Of a DNA stretch of 64,000 nucleotides, positions 9,426 to 17,632 are shown in pieces (positions within the stretch are counted from its first letter, which is position 1; every line of letters begins with the position of its first letter). A program made the position numbers and the translations under genes. The notes under the pieces were generated by a model. It saw nothing but the letters and a program-made list of their open reading frames with translations. It made no database searches and was not told where the DNA came from. Source of the DNA: Bacillota bacterium (GTDB taxonomy: Bacteria; Bacillota; Limnochordia; Darwinibacteriales; Darwinibacteriaceae); the NCBI GenBank assembly GCA_030054835.1, contig JASGVS010000010.1, positions 74,276-138,275 on the forward strand, written 5' to 3'.

Positions 9426-10559
9426 CTAGGTAAGCTCCACCAGACGGGAGATGGGCTTGGCCGACCGGGACACAAACAGGAGCGTTAATCCGGACAAGAC
9501 AAAGATGGAGATGAAGCCGGTGATGAGGAACTGCCTTCTCTGGGCCTGTACCATGGCATCGATCACTTCTCCCGGCGTCCGCAGCACAACAACCCAGTTC
9601 TCCCCTTTGTTTCCCAGCCTTTGATCGGCCGCTTCTTCATTGCCGCCAAAGGCCTGTTCACTTAAGGCAGTGGTGCTCACAATGGGACTCACGGCAAACA
9701 GACTACCACGTCCGTCCCCATCAGCGAGGATGGCAGCGGTCGTTTCGGTACCGAGCAGGGATACAACTTCCCTGGGCACCTGGGTGGACAGGGACGCCTG
9801 CTCCGGTTCCCAGATCACAAGGCCACCGCTGCGGGCAATCTGAACGCTGCCCGGTTCATAGAGGGGTGAATAGTGTTCAATAATCTCCCCAAAGAGATCG
9901 AGGATCCTGAGGTTGTTTTTCAAAACCCCAACCACTTCCCCGTCGTGATACACCGGTGCCGTTACACCCAACACGAAATCACCCACACTCACGTCGTAGC
10001 CCCGGTCATCAAAGAAAACCCTACCCTCACCGCCATGAACTGCCGCCTGCCACCAGTATTCATCGCCTTGGGCGAAGTTGGTGAGCTGCCCAGTTGCTGC
10101 GATCACAGTACCGTATCGGTTCGTGAGAAAAATCTCACCAAATAGGTCATCGACGATGTTATGTTGTTCCCGCAGCAAGTCAGCAGTTGGGTTATGCAGA
10201 AACTCCTCCAGGAAAGGATCCTCTGCGTCAATTGCGGCCCGCCACAGCTTGTCCAACCTGTCAATTTCCGCCTCCCGTTCCAACGGATCCAGACTGTCGT
10301 AGGCGGCGTTACTCGCCAGTACACTTCCTTTCAGGGCAGGCATGGTGGCCAATGTGGCCGTGGTCCTGGCCAAACCCTTGAGGTGACCGTCAATGTGGAT
10401 GGCAATGGCCTGGGCTGCGTTCTGACTCGCCTCCAAACGGCTGGTAACAAAGGCGTTGCGGTGAAAAGACGCCATGACGAAGGTCAATACCGTAACAATC
10501 AAGACGCCTAGTACAATCATGGTGGCGGCCAACTTGAACCGGATGCTCATTCTCCTCAC
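9426..10559 (-). CDS. sensor diguanylate cyclase, N-terminal part (TM - periplasmic sensor domain - TM - first helix of HAMP), terminated by in-frame TAG
   Basis: N-terminal TM helix, ~300 aa extracytoplasmic domain, second TM, then ...AKPISRLVELT followed by TAG at 9426-9428; same frame continues into the GGDEF ORF. Confidence 0.6.
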   Translation of the reverse strand: MRRMSIRFKLAATMIVLGVLIVTVLTFVMASFHRNAFVTSRLEASQNAAQAIAIHIDGHLKGLARTTATLATMPALKGSVLASNAAYDSLDPLEREAEIDRLDKLWRAAIDAEDPFLEEFLHNPTADLLREQHNIVDDLFGEIFLTNRYGTVIAATGQLTNFAQGDEYWWQAAVHGGEGRVFFDDRGYDVSVGDFVLGVTAPVYHDGEVVGVLKNNLRILDLFGEIIEHYSPLYEPGSVQIARSGGLVIWEPEQASLSTQVPREVVSLLGTETTAAILADGDGRGSLFAVSPIVSTTALSEQAFGGNEEAADQRLGNKGENWVVVLRTPGEVIDAMVQAQRRQFLITGFISIFVLSGLTLLFVSRSAKPISRLVELT

Positions 10560-10580
10560 CTCCCGACCTCATATTAGCGA

Positions 10581-10611
10581 AAAAAGGCCGATCTAAACCG
10601 GCCTTTTCTCT
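10581..10611. terminator. bidirectional intrinsic terminator
   Basis: aaaaaGGCCGatctaaacCGGCCttttctc between sensor gene start region and kdgK stop. Confidence 0.55.
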
Positions 10612-10623
10612 ACCCTTCCCTAT

Positions 10624-11646
10624 TTATCTCTGTACCCGCCCGGAAGTATCCCCTTTCAGCAGGTTCTCCACTTCCGCTGCGGTAACCATGTTGAAGTCTC
10701 CGTGGATAGTGTGCTTCAAGGCTGAAGCTGCCACGCCAAATTCGAGTGCCTCTTTGAAATCTGCACCGTTAACCAGTTTGTAAATGATGCCAGCGGCAAA
10801 GGAGTCGCCTCCCCCTACCCGATCCACGATTCTAATGTCGTAAACACGGCTCCTGTAGAACTCACTGCCATCCCAGCCGCAGCCGGACCAACCGTTGTCA
10901 GAGGCTGAATAGGACTCGCGCAGCGAGCTGAAAACGTATTTAAAGCCAAATTTGTCCATCATCCGCTGGAAAATGTCTTGGTAGCCGCTGAGATCAAGCT
11001 CACCGGAGGTAACATCGGTCTCACCCGGTTTGAAGCCCAAGGTGAGGTGGGCGTCTTCCTCGTTGCCGATGCACACATCAACATACTGCATCAAATTGGT
11101 CATCACTTTCTGGGCCTCAACCGGAGTCCAGAGGTTCTTCCGGTAGTTGAGGTCTACCGAAACGGTTACGTTGTTCCGCTTTGCGGCCTTAAGAGCTGCT
11201 TCTGTCAGGGCAACCGCCTTTTCGCCCAGGGCAGGAGTGATACCCGTAAAGTGGAACCAATCGGCGCCTTGGAAAACTGCATCAAAGTCAAAATCCCTAA
11301 CCTCGGCCTCAGCAATGGCGGAGCGGGCCCGGTCGTAGATCACCTTGGAGGGACGCATGGAAGCACCCGTTTCCAGAAAGTAGATGCCGATGCGCTCACC
11401 GCCCCGGACTATGTAATCCGTTTTCACACCGAAGCGGCGTAGGCTGTTGATTGCCGCCTGACCAATGTCATTGGCAGGCAGTTTTGTCACGTAATAGGCA
11501 TCGCAGCCGTAATTGGCCAAAGAAACGGCCACGTTAGCTTCCCCTCCACCGTATACCACATCAAAGGACTCTGCCTGAACAAACCTTTCATACCTGGGGG
11601 TAGACAGCCTGAGCATGATTTCCCCCATAGTAACAACCTTTTTCAT
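10624..11646 (-). CDS. kdgK: 2-dehydro-3-deoxygluconokinase (PfkB family)
   Basis: MKKVVTMGEIMLRLSTP...; PfkB sugar-kinase motifs (GGGDSFAAG); downstream of KDPG aldolase gene. Confidence 0.8.
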   Translation of the reverse strand: MKKVVTMGEIMLRLSTPRYERFVQAESFDVVYGGGEANVAVSLANYGCDAYYVTKLPANDIGQAAINSLRRFGVKTDYIVRGGERIGIYFLETGASMRPSKVIYDRARSAIAEAEVRDFDFDAVFQGADWFHFTGITPALGEKAVALTEAALKAAKRNNVTVSVDLNYRKNLWTPVEAQKVMTNLMQYVDVCIGNEEDAHLTLGFKPGETDVTSGELDLSGYQDIFQRMMDKFGFKYVFSSLRESYSASDNGWSGCGWDGSEFYRSRVYDIRIVDRVGGGDSFAAGIIYKLVNGADFKEALEFGVAASALKHTIHGDFNMVTAAEVENLLKGDTSGRVQR

Positions 11647-11678
11647 CGTTTTAGACCTCCTCTACGTTTGGACCCGAG

Positions 11679-12305
11679 TTAGGCCCTGGCTGCAGCGATT
11701 TTTTCCACATACTCCCGGGCGGCCTGGGTGATCTCCTGGCTAGTGCCCTTGGTCAGGTTGCCCCCTACCCCCACTGCAATACATCCGTTTTTGATCCATT
11801 CATCCACGTTATCAAGGCTAACTCCGCCGGTGGGCATAAGGACCGCCTGGGGTAGGGGCCCAAGCACAGCTTTGACAAAGGAAGGGCCAAAGGCACTGCC
11901 TGGGAAGACCTTAATTAGGTCAACCCCAGCTTCCATAGCCCGGATCATCTCGGTTATGGTCATACACCCTGCCATATAGGGTATTTGATATCTATTACAC
12001 AGCCGTGCCGTATCCGCATCAAATCCTGGACTAACTATGTACTTGGCCCCGGCTAAAATGGCAATGCGCGCTGTTTCGCTATCCAGCACGGTACCTGCAC
12101 CAACAAGTAGGCTATCACCAAATTCAGCCGTTAAAGACTCAATTACCTTGTGTGCTCCAGGCACGGTAAAGGTGATCTCAATGGCGTCAATGCCCCCATC
12201 CATACACGCCAAGGCAATCTGGCGGGCCTTCTCACTGTTTTCTGCCCGGACCACGGCAACTATGCCTGTTTTTTCGATCCTGCTTAACACATCGTACTTC
12301 CGCAT
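11679..12305 (-). CDS. eda: 2-dehydro-3-deoxy-phosphogluconate (KDPG) aldolase
   Basis: MRKYDVLSRIEKTGIVAVVRAE...GAGTVL...; internal ATG with GGAGG RBS chosen as start; ORF track start 12335 is upstream in frame. Confidence 0.8.
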   Translation of the reverse strand: MRKYDVLSRIEKTGIVAVVRAENSEKARQIALACMDGGIDAIEITFTVPGAHKVIESLTAEFGDSLLVGAGTVLDSETARIAILAGAKYIVSPGFDADTARLCNRYQIPYMAGCMTITEMIRAMEAGVDLIKVFPGSAFGPSFVKAVLGPLPQAVLMPTGGVSLDNVDEWIKNGCIAVGVGGNLTKGTSQEITQAAREYVEKIAAARA

Positions 12306-12437
12306 GCTTAGAACCTCCATACTAGAATCGTCCAAAACTCAGTAAGTCACTGTATAATTGGCCATCTGCCCTCCTACTCCTGCTTTTATGATATCCAATT
12401 GTGTTGGCAAACACCAGTCCAACTGTTCCTTGCCAAT

Positions 12438-12466
12438 TACTTGGTTGTATTATAAAATATCGTTAA
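12438..12466 (+). promoter_or_regulatory. putative sigma-A promoter for hemerythrin gene
   Basis: TTGCCA - 17 nt - TAAAAT about 35 nt upstream of the RBS; also a 7-bp inverted repeat TTGGCAA...TTGCCAA overlapping the -35. Confidence 0.35.
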
Positions 12467-12501
12467 CATCCATTATAAAGTGCGGAAGGAGTAATGATAA
12501 T

Positions 12502-12906
12502 ATGAAATGGTCTCCTGATTTGGCGATTGGTATTGAACATATTGACGAACAGCATCAAGAATGGTTTAAGCGGGCAGACGACCTTTTCGAAGCGGGTCGG
12601 GAGAGAAGGGCGAAGGAAGTAATTGGTGAGCTTTTGGAGTTTTTAGATGACTACACCAAAAAGCATTTTGCGGACGAAGAGAGGTACATGCAGGAAATCG
12701 GTTACCCCGGCTATGATGCCCAAAAGCAGGCACATGAAAGCTTTGTTGAACGCCTCGCCCAACTGCGCAGGGATTATGACTCGTCGGGCGGCAGCGTGAA
12801 TGTAATAATCAACGCTAATAAGATTGTTATCGATTGGCTGATCTCCCATATCTCCAAAATGGATCGCCAAATCGGAGCCTATGTGCGAGAGCAGAAGGGA
12901 CGGTAA
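12502..12906 (+). CDS. hemerythrin-like metal-binding protein (bacteriohemerythrin)
   Basis: ATG at 12502 with GGAAGGAG RBS; MKWSPDLAIGIEHIDEQHQEWF...HFADEERYM...IDWLISHI: canonical hemerythrin H/E/D ligand pattern. ORF-track start 12358 is upstream in frame. Confidence 0.8.
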   Translation: MKWSPDLAIGIEHIDEQHQEWFKRADDLFEAGRERRAKEVIGELLEFLDDYTKKHFADEERYMQEIGYPGYDAQKQAHESFVERLAQLRRDYDSSGGSVNVIINANKIVIDWLISHISKMDRQIGAYVREQKGR

Positions 12907-13323
12907 GAATAAAAAAGGGAGGGTATCAGCGCTCCTGGGGTTAAGACGCTGATTCCCTCCGTGTATAGCAGACTTGGACAAGGGAGATAATTGCTTCTCG
13001 GTGCTGTGTCTATTGCCTGTATCGTGCAGTAGCAAAACTGTGTCCTTTGTATTCTCATTGCTGGTTTTGTGCTCTGTCCGCTGCTGTGATTGATCTATGT
13101 TGTTTTGCAAATTCTTGGCTGGTTCTCCTGGTTGGCTGACCGGATCAAATACTAGTTTCTTTCTTGTCCAAGTGCTTCTGGCAAGACGCCTGGAACAATA
13201 AAAATGCCCCTTTTTCTCATGAAAAAAAGGCAGATTGCGGCTTTGGAACCGAAGTTCAAAACCGTTCTTAAGAGCAACCCAGCCGCCATAGCCGGCACAC
13301 CGACCTTAGGCCTGAGGCTTTGC

Positions 13324-13356
13324 GTCCGTCCCTTTCGGGACGTTTGCCTTTTTTCT
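13324..13356 (+). terminator. plus-strand intrinsic terminator ending a non-coding transcript
   Basis: CGTCCCtttcGGGACGtttgccttttttct; no credible plus-strand CDS upstream of it within ~400 nt. Confidence 0.45.
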
Positions 13357-13491
13357 TACCCCATATTCTGTTCGCGGTTTATACTACCACACCGTGGACT
13401 GTCGGTCAAGGGACAGGAAACACAATTTTACCCATTTACTGTAACATTAGTGCTGTTCCCCAATTAAGAAGTAAAGAAAAACGTGACAAGA

Positions 13492-13818
13492 TCAGTCCTG
13501 GTCTATCGTGAGCATCCGCTTCCCACTTTGGGAATGGGATTTGATCAGACCGTACACCAACTTATCTTCCTCGATTCCCGCCAGGTAAAGAATATCTATC
13601 ACCTCAACCACCATCTGAACACTGGCTCCGTCCATCAGTATGGCCGAATCTTCGCAGGTGTAATCCAAATCTGCAAATTTGTCCACTGCATCGGAATGAC
13701 TGGAACCTAAGGCGTTCAGAACCTTTTCCTGCCCGGCACTCAGGGCACTCACACCAACTCTGTCCCCTCTGGCAACATTTCGACCCGTGACGCTTTGCGC
13801 CCCTAGAAGCATCACCAA
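13492..13818 (-). CDS. small hypothetical protein (possible DRTGG-like domain), co-transcribed with upstream GGDEF gene
   Basis: 108-aa ORF 10 nt downstream of the GGDEF gene; no strong family assignment from sequence alone. Confidence 0.45.
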   Translation of the reverse strand: MVMLLGAQSVTGRNVARGDRVGVSALSAGQEKVLNALGSSHSDAVDKFADLDYTCEDSAILMDGASVQMVVEVIDILYLAGIEEDKLVYGLIKSHSQSGKRMLTIDQD

Positions 13819-13828
13819 TTTGTCGTAA

Positions 13829-14977
13829 TCAACTTACAACCCTATCCTTACCACCAGACTTGGCCCTTAGCAGCATTTCATCCGCTCGCCGCAGCAGCAG
13901 CTGTTTGGTATCGCCCTTCTCATAGGCTGCAACCCCAAAACTGCAGCTTATCTTCTTGGGAACATCCAAGGCCAGGGAGCCAATGGCGGCCCTGATCCTT
14001 TCAGCCAGCCCCTCTGCCGCGGCCAGGTCTGTGTTGGGCAAAAGCAGCGCGAACTCGTCACCACCCCACCTAGCAAACACATCCGCCTTCCGGATAACAG
14101 CACTCACCGCCCTGGCAGCCTCCTGCAGCACCCCATCACCTGCAATGTGCCCAAAATTGTCGTTTATTCCCTTGAAATCGTCAATATCAAATAGGATCAA
14201 GGTTAGGGGATTATTGTACCGTTCTGAGAAATTCAGCCATTCATCTAACGCGTCATCGAACTTCTTACGGTTGAAAACACCTGTGAGGGTATCCTGCACA
14301 GATAGTTCCGCAAGTTCCTTTCTCGCTTTAAACGCCCTCCGCTTATTTACTTCAGTCCACCAGAAATTTATGCTGCCATACAAGAGGAGGATCGTTTGAT
14401 AAGCAACAATCCGATACAGCTCATTGGCTTGAAGTCCCGCCAGTTTTCTGCTGGGGCCGAGGAAAAAGGCGAGACTAAAGGCGATGGCAACAAGCTGGGA
14501 GAGAACGAGTCTGTTGGGCAGGAGGAAAAGCGCCATGGTTATAACCAGTAGGCCGAGGATGCTGAAATAGTTGAGGGACTGATACTGTCTTAAGGTCAAT
14601 AGGTAGGTAACTACCATTGAGATTTGAAAGAAAGTGACCAGGTAAACCAAGTGCTTGTGCTTGGTTATACGCCGAGCAGTGAAGGAAACTGCTATAGAAA
14701 GAAAAATAAACACCAGCCTGATGGGTGTTATTTTCATAAACAGTCCTGTATTTCGTTCGGTGAAATAACTGTTCGCGAGAAAAAGGGCGAGGAGCGCGCC
14801 ACAAAAGAGGGCAATATAGGCAGTCCAATGTGCCGATCTACCCAGACTGTCCTCCCAGAACTCATCTTCGAGAGACTTGTCCCCAAACTCGCCAAACAAC
14901 GACAATCTATACCTATTCTCGCTCTCCATTTCTCTGACCCCTAGTTCCGTTTTGAACCTACTCAGCACAGCAACCAC
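13829..14977 (-). CDS. membrane-anchored diguanylate cyclase (multi-TM N-terminal domain + GGDEF)
   Basis: Six predicted TM helices followed by GGDEF domain (RWGGDEF); probable true start at internal ATG (MESENRY..., ~14929). Confidence 0.75.
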   Translation of the reverse strand: MVAVLSRFKTELGVREMESENRYRLSLFGEFGDKSLEDEFWEDSLGRSAHWTAYIALFCGALLALFLANSYFTERNTGLFMKITPIRLVFIFLSIAVSFTARRITKHKHLVYLVTFFQISMVVTYLLTLRQYQSLNYFSILGLLVITMALFLLPNRLVLSQLVAIAFSLAFFLGPSRKLAGLQANELYRIVAYQTILLLYGSINFWWTEVNKRRAFKARKELAELSVQDTLTGVFNRKKFDDALDEWLNFSERYNNPLTLILFDIDDFKGINDNFGHIAGDGVLQEAARAVSAVIRKADVFARWGGDEFALLLPNTDLAAAEGLAERIRAAIGSLALDVPKKISCSFGVAAYEKGDTKQLLLRRADEMLLRAKSGGKDRVVS

Positions 14978-15044
14978 GGTTGTCTTCTAGGAAAATTGTA
15001 CCATGTGGGCGGCAGAAAATGAAGGGGCTGGCAATTAAAGCTTG

Positions 15045-15695
15045 TCAGTTTTTCAGCGAGCTGAACGCCCGGAGGGCGTTGAGCAGAAAACCGCCGCCGA
15101 ACACGAACAAGAGTCCACCCAGGCATACAACAAGCAACCGATACGCCTTTCCCTGGAAAAAGGACCTGGCCCGATCCACGAGGGCAGCCACAAAGCCATA
15201 CCAGGTTATATCCGCCAAAATGTGGCCGAAATAAACGAGAACAATTCCAAGGAGGCCAAAGCGACTGTAAGCACTCATAATCAACCCTAAACCAACCACT
15301 GCCCACCAGAGAAGAAAGTAAGGGTTGCCAAGACTCAAGGCTGCACCGGCCAAAATTAGGCCTCCGCGACTGCGCTCCTTCCCTTCCTGCTCCAGTACAA
15401 GCTCCGCTCGTCCCCCAACGCCGTCTTTGATCATCCCCCAGCCTAGATAGAGAAGGAGCAGTCCGCCGAAAAGTCCAATTGCAATCTGGACTGAATTTGA
15501 ACTAAGGGAGTTGCCAAAACCGAAAAACAGCGCAACAACCAGCGCCAGTTCCAACAGCACATGGCCTAAAGGCACAAGCATGGCCGTTTTGGCACCATAC
15601 TTGAGACTACGCTCAATCGTATAGGTCAAAAGGGATCCGGGCATAACCGCACCGGAATAGCCAATCAACAGGGACTGAAAAAACACTCCCAACAC
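15045..15695 (-). CDS. LysE/RhtB family amino-acid exporter
   Basis: 216-aa six-TM protein with LysE-type N-terminal motif (PGSLLTYTI...). Confidence 0.65.
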   Translation of the reverse strand: MLGVFFQSLLIGYSGAVMPGSLLTYTIERSLKYGAKTAMLVPLGHVLLELALVVALFFGFGNSLSSNSVQIAIGLFGGLLLLYLGWGMIKDGVGGRAELVLEQEGKERSRGGLILAGAALSLGNPYFLLWWAVVGLGLIMSAYSRFGLLGIVLVYFGHILADITWYGFVAALVDRARSFFQGKAYRLLVVCLGGLLFVFGGGFLLNALRAFSSLKN

Positions 15696-15711
15696 TCATC
15701 TCACCTCGCCA

Positions 15712-16527
15712 CTAAGCTAAACTCTCCACCGAATACCAGCCCAACAGCCGCAATTCACCGCATTCCTTTTCCAGCTGGTACAAAACCCGGAGGATCTCCT
15801 CCTCTTCTGGCCTGGCCAAAAGCTCAAGGAATATTGACCCTGCCAGACACTCCAATCTAGCCGCAGTCAGACCGCAATCTGCCAAGATTGACAAAACCCA
15901 GGCCAGAACCCCTTTGCTCTCCGAAACAGAAAGGAGTAAACTGAGCCTGGAAGCCTCCTCGACCAGAGTGAACTCAGTTCCTACCAACAAAAGACGCGAT
16001 CTTCCGCCTAATCCATAGGCTTTGTTAATGAAAAGCCCAGCCTGATCCAACAGAAGATATGTTTCTACCATGTCTTCAACGGGTATGAGCGCCGTATCTG
16101 CATTGCCAGCCAACACACTCTGCACTGCTTCCAAACTACTGTTCACAACTGTTGGGTGCAAACCTGGCAGTAAGTCTTCACCTTTAACAAGCGGACCTGG
16201 CACAAAGACGGCTCGTTCAATGCGAGTTTCTTTGCCGGCCAATCTTAACTGCTGAGGTAACTGCCACTGGTCATCGTCTGCCATAAGCAGTTCGTATTGG
16301 CGCTTCCGGGATAGGCGGAGCAGCGTCTGCAGGAAAACCCGCTCATGGCCCGCAAGACCGGCAAGAAGTTCTTCTTCCCGCCTGCGATCGAGCACAGGCT
16401 TTCCCGTACCCCTTTTATGTTCAGCAACCTCCTCCACAACCTCCATCCGCTGCCTGAATAGGTCAAGTAAGCTTCCGGTCAGTTGGGATAGCTCAGCACG
16501 GAGAACTGAAAAGCCACCGTCAGACAT
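15712..16527 (-). CDS. chorismate mutase (AroQ class) fused to a PheA-like C-terminal/ACT regulatory region
   Basis: N-terminal LRAELSQLTGSLLDLFRQRMEVVEEVAEHK is a chorismate mutase domain; C-terminal part resembles prephenate dehydratase regulatory half but lacks obvious catalytic PDT motifs; last gene of the aro operon. Confidence 0.6.
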   Translation of the reverse strand: MSDGGFSVLRAELSQLTGSLLDLFRQRMEVVEEVAEHKRGTGKPVLDRRREEELLAGLAGHERVFLQTLLRLSRKRQYELLMADDDQWQLPQQLRLAGKETRIERAVFVPGPLVKGEDLLPGLHPTVVNSSLEAVQSVLAGNADTALIPVEDMVETYLLLDQAGLFINKAYGLGGRSRLLLVGTEFTLVEEASRLSLLLSVSESKGVLAWVLSILADCGLTAARLECLAGSIFLELLARPEEEEILRVLYQLEKECGELRLLGWYSVESLA

Positions 16528-16539
16528 AATCCCACCCTC

Positions 16540-17630
16540 CTAATCCAGCCAAAACGGCCCCTGCACGCCAAAGGCGACAAGTAACAGGTCCAAAAGCCCG
16601 ATGGCAACCGCCGCCTCAACCACAGGCACCGCCCTTGGTACAATACAGGGATCGTGCCGTCCCGTATCAACCACAGTAGTTGGCTCACCGGTACGGAGGT
16701 CCACACTGGCTTGGGGTTGGCTCAAGGTGGCAGTCGGTTTAATTCCAACGTTGACCACAATTGGCATACCGTTGGTTATGCCGCCGTTAATTCCCCCTGC
16801 CCGGTTTGTGGCTGTACCCACTCTGCCCACTGCATCGATCAGGAAGGAATCATTATTTTCCGAACCCCGCAGCTTGCTGGAGGCGAATCCTGCCCCGAAG
16901 GATACACCCATAACGGCGGGAATGCCGTGGAGAATGGAGGAAAGCGTGGCCTTCACTCCTCCGAAAAGGGGATCGCCCACTCCCGCAGGCATACCCAAGG
17001 CAATGCATTCGATGATGCCCCCCACCGAGTCCCCTTCTTCCCGCACCAGTTCTATCAGCTCAACCATTTTCCTGCCCTGCTCATCGGAAAAAACAGGGAA
17101 TCTCTTTGCTGCAACTGCAGCCAGGTCAGCCCCGGTAATTTGGGTAGAGTCTAAAACCTGGTCTAGGATTTCCCCTATTGCCGCAATGCGTGCTCCCACA
17201 AAGATGTTCCGTTCAGACAAGATCTGTTTCGCGACGGCACCGGCAAAACACAAACCTGCCGTTAAACGACCGGAAAAGTGACCACCGCCACGAGGGTCGT
17301 TAAAGCCGTGGTAGCGCATCTTACCGGTGTAATCGGCATGGCTGGGCCGGGGTATTCTCGCCCGATCTCTATAATCCTCCGGCCTGGCATCTTTGTTTTC
17401 GATCACAGCACAGAGGGGCGTTCCGCAGGTCCGCCCGCGATAAAGACCAGACAGAATGTGCGGCTCGTCAGTCTCCTTCCGAGCAGTAGACCAAGAACTT
17501 CGTCCCGGTGCCCGCCTTGCCAGAAAGGAGGCCGCCTCTTCTAGATCGACTTTTTGCCCAGGGGGCAGGCCGTCAAGGACCACGCCCACTGCTGGGCCGT
17601 GTGACTCGCCAAAAAGACTGATTTTCAACT
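16540..17630 (-). CDS. aroC: chorismate synthase
   Basis: FGESHGPAVGVVLDGLPPG near N-terminus, RPSHADYTGKMRYHGFNDPRGGGHFSGRLTAG; start uncertain (TTG right after aroA stop, or ATG at 17661 overlapping aroA). Confidence 0.85.
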
Positions 17631-17632
17631 GC

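Noticed and set aside
9426-9428. In-frame TAG interpreted as a pyrrolysine codon
   Set aside because: TAG terminates several genes in this same window, at 1615, 8769, 37499, 39882 and 42338. One of them is the 3' end of the very gene in question. No Pyl-containing enzyme family (methylamine methyltransferases) is evident nearby. I therefore consider genome-wide or targeted Pyl recoding unlikely and treat the TAG as a nonsense codon or an error.
13204-13511. Plus-strand ORFs 13204..13467 and 13320..13511 as small protein genes
   Set aside because: Both read straight through an intrinsic terminator hairpin and T-run. They have no RBS and no recognisable domains. The region is better explained as non-coding RNA or UTR.
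16601-17281. 226-aa plus-strand ORF inside aroC, and similar ORFs inside aroA, aroB and ftsH (e.g. 30638..31281, 30760..31281)
   Set aside because: They are shadow ORFs within conserved enzyme-coding regions. The sense-strand translations match well-known protein families.
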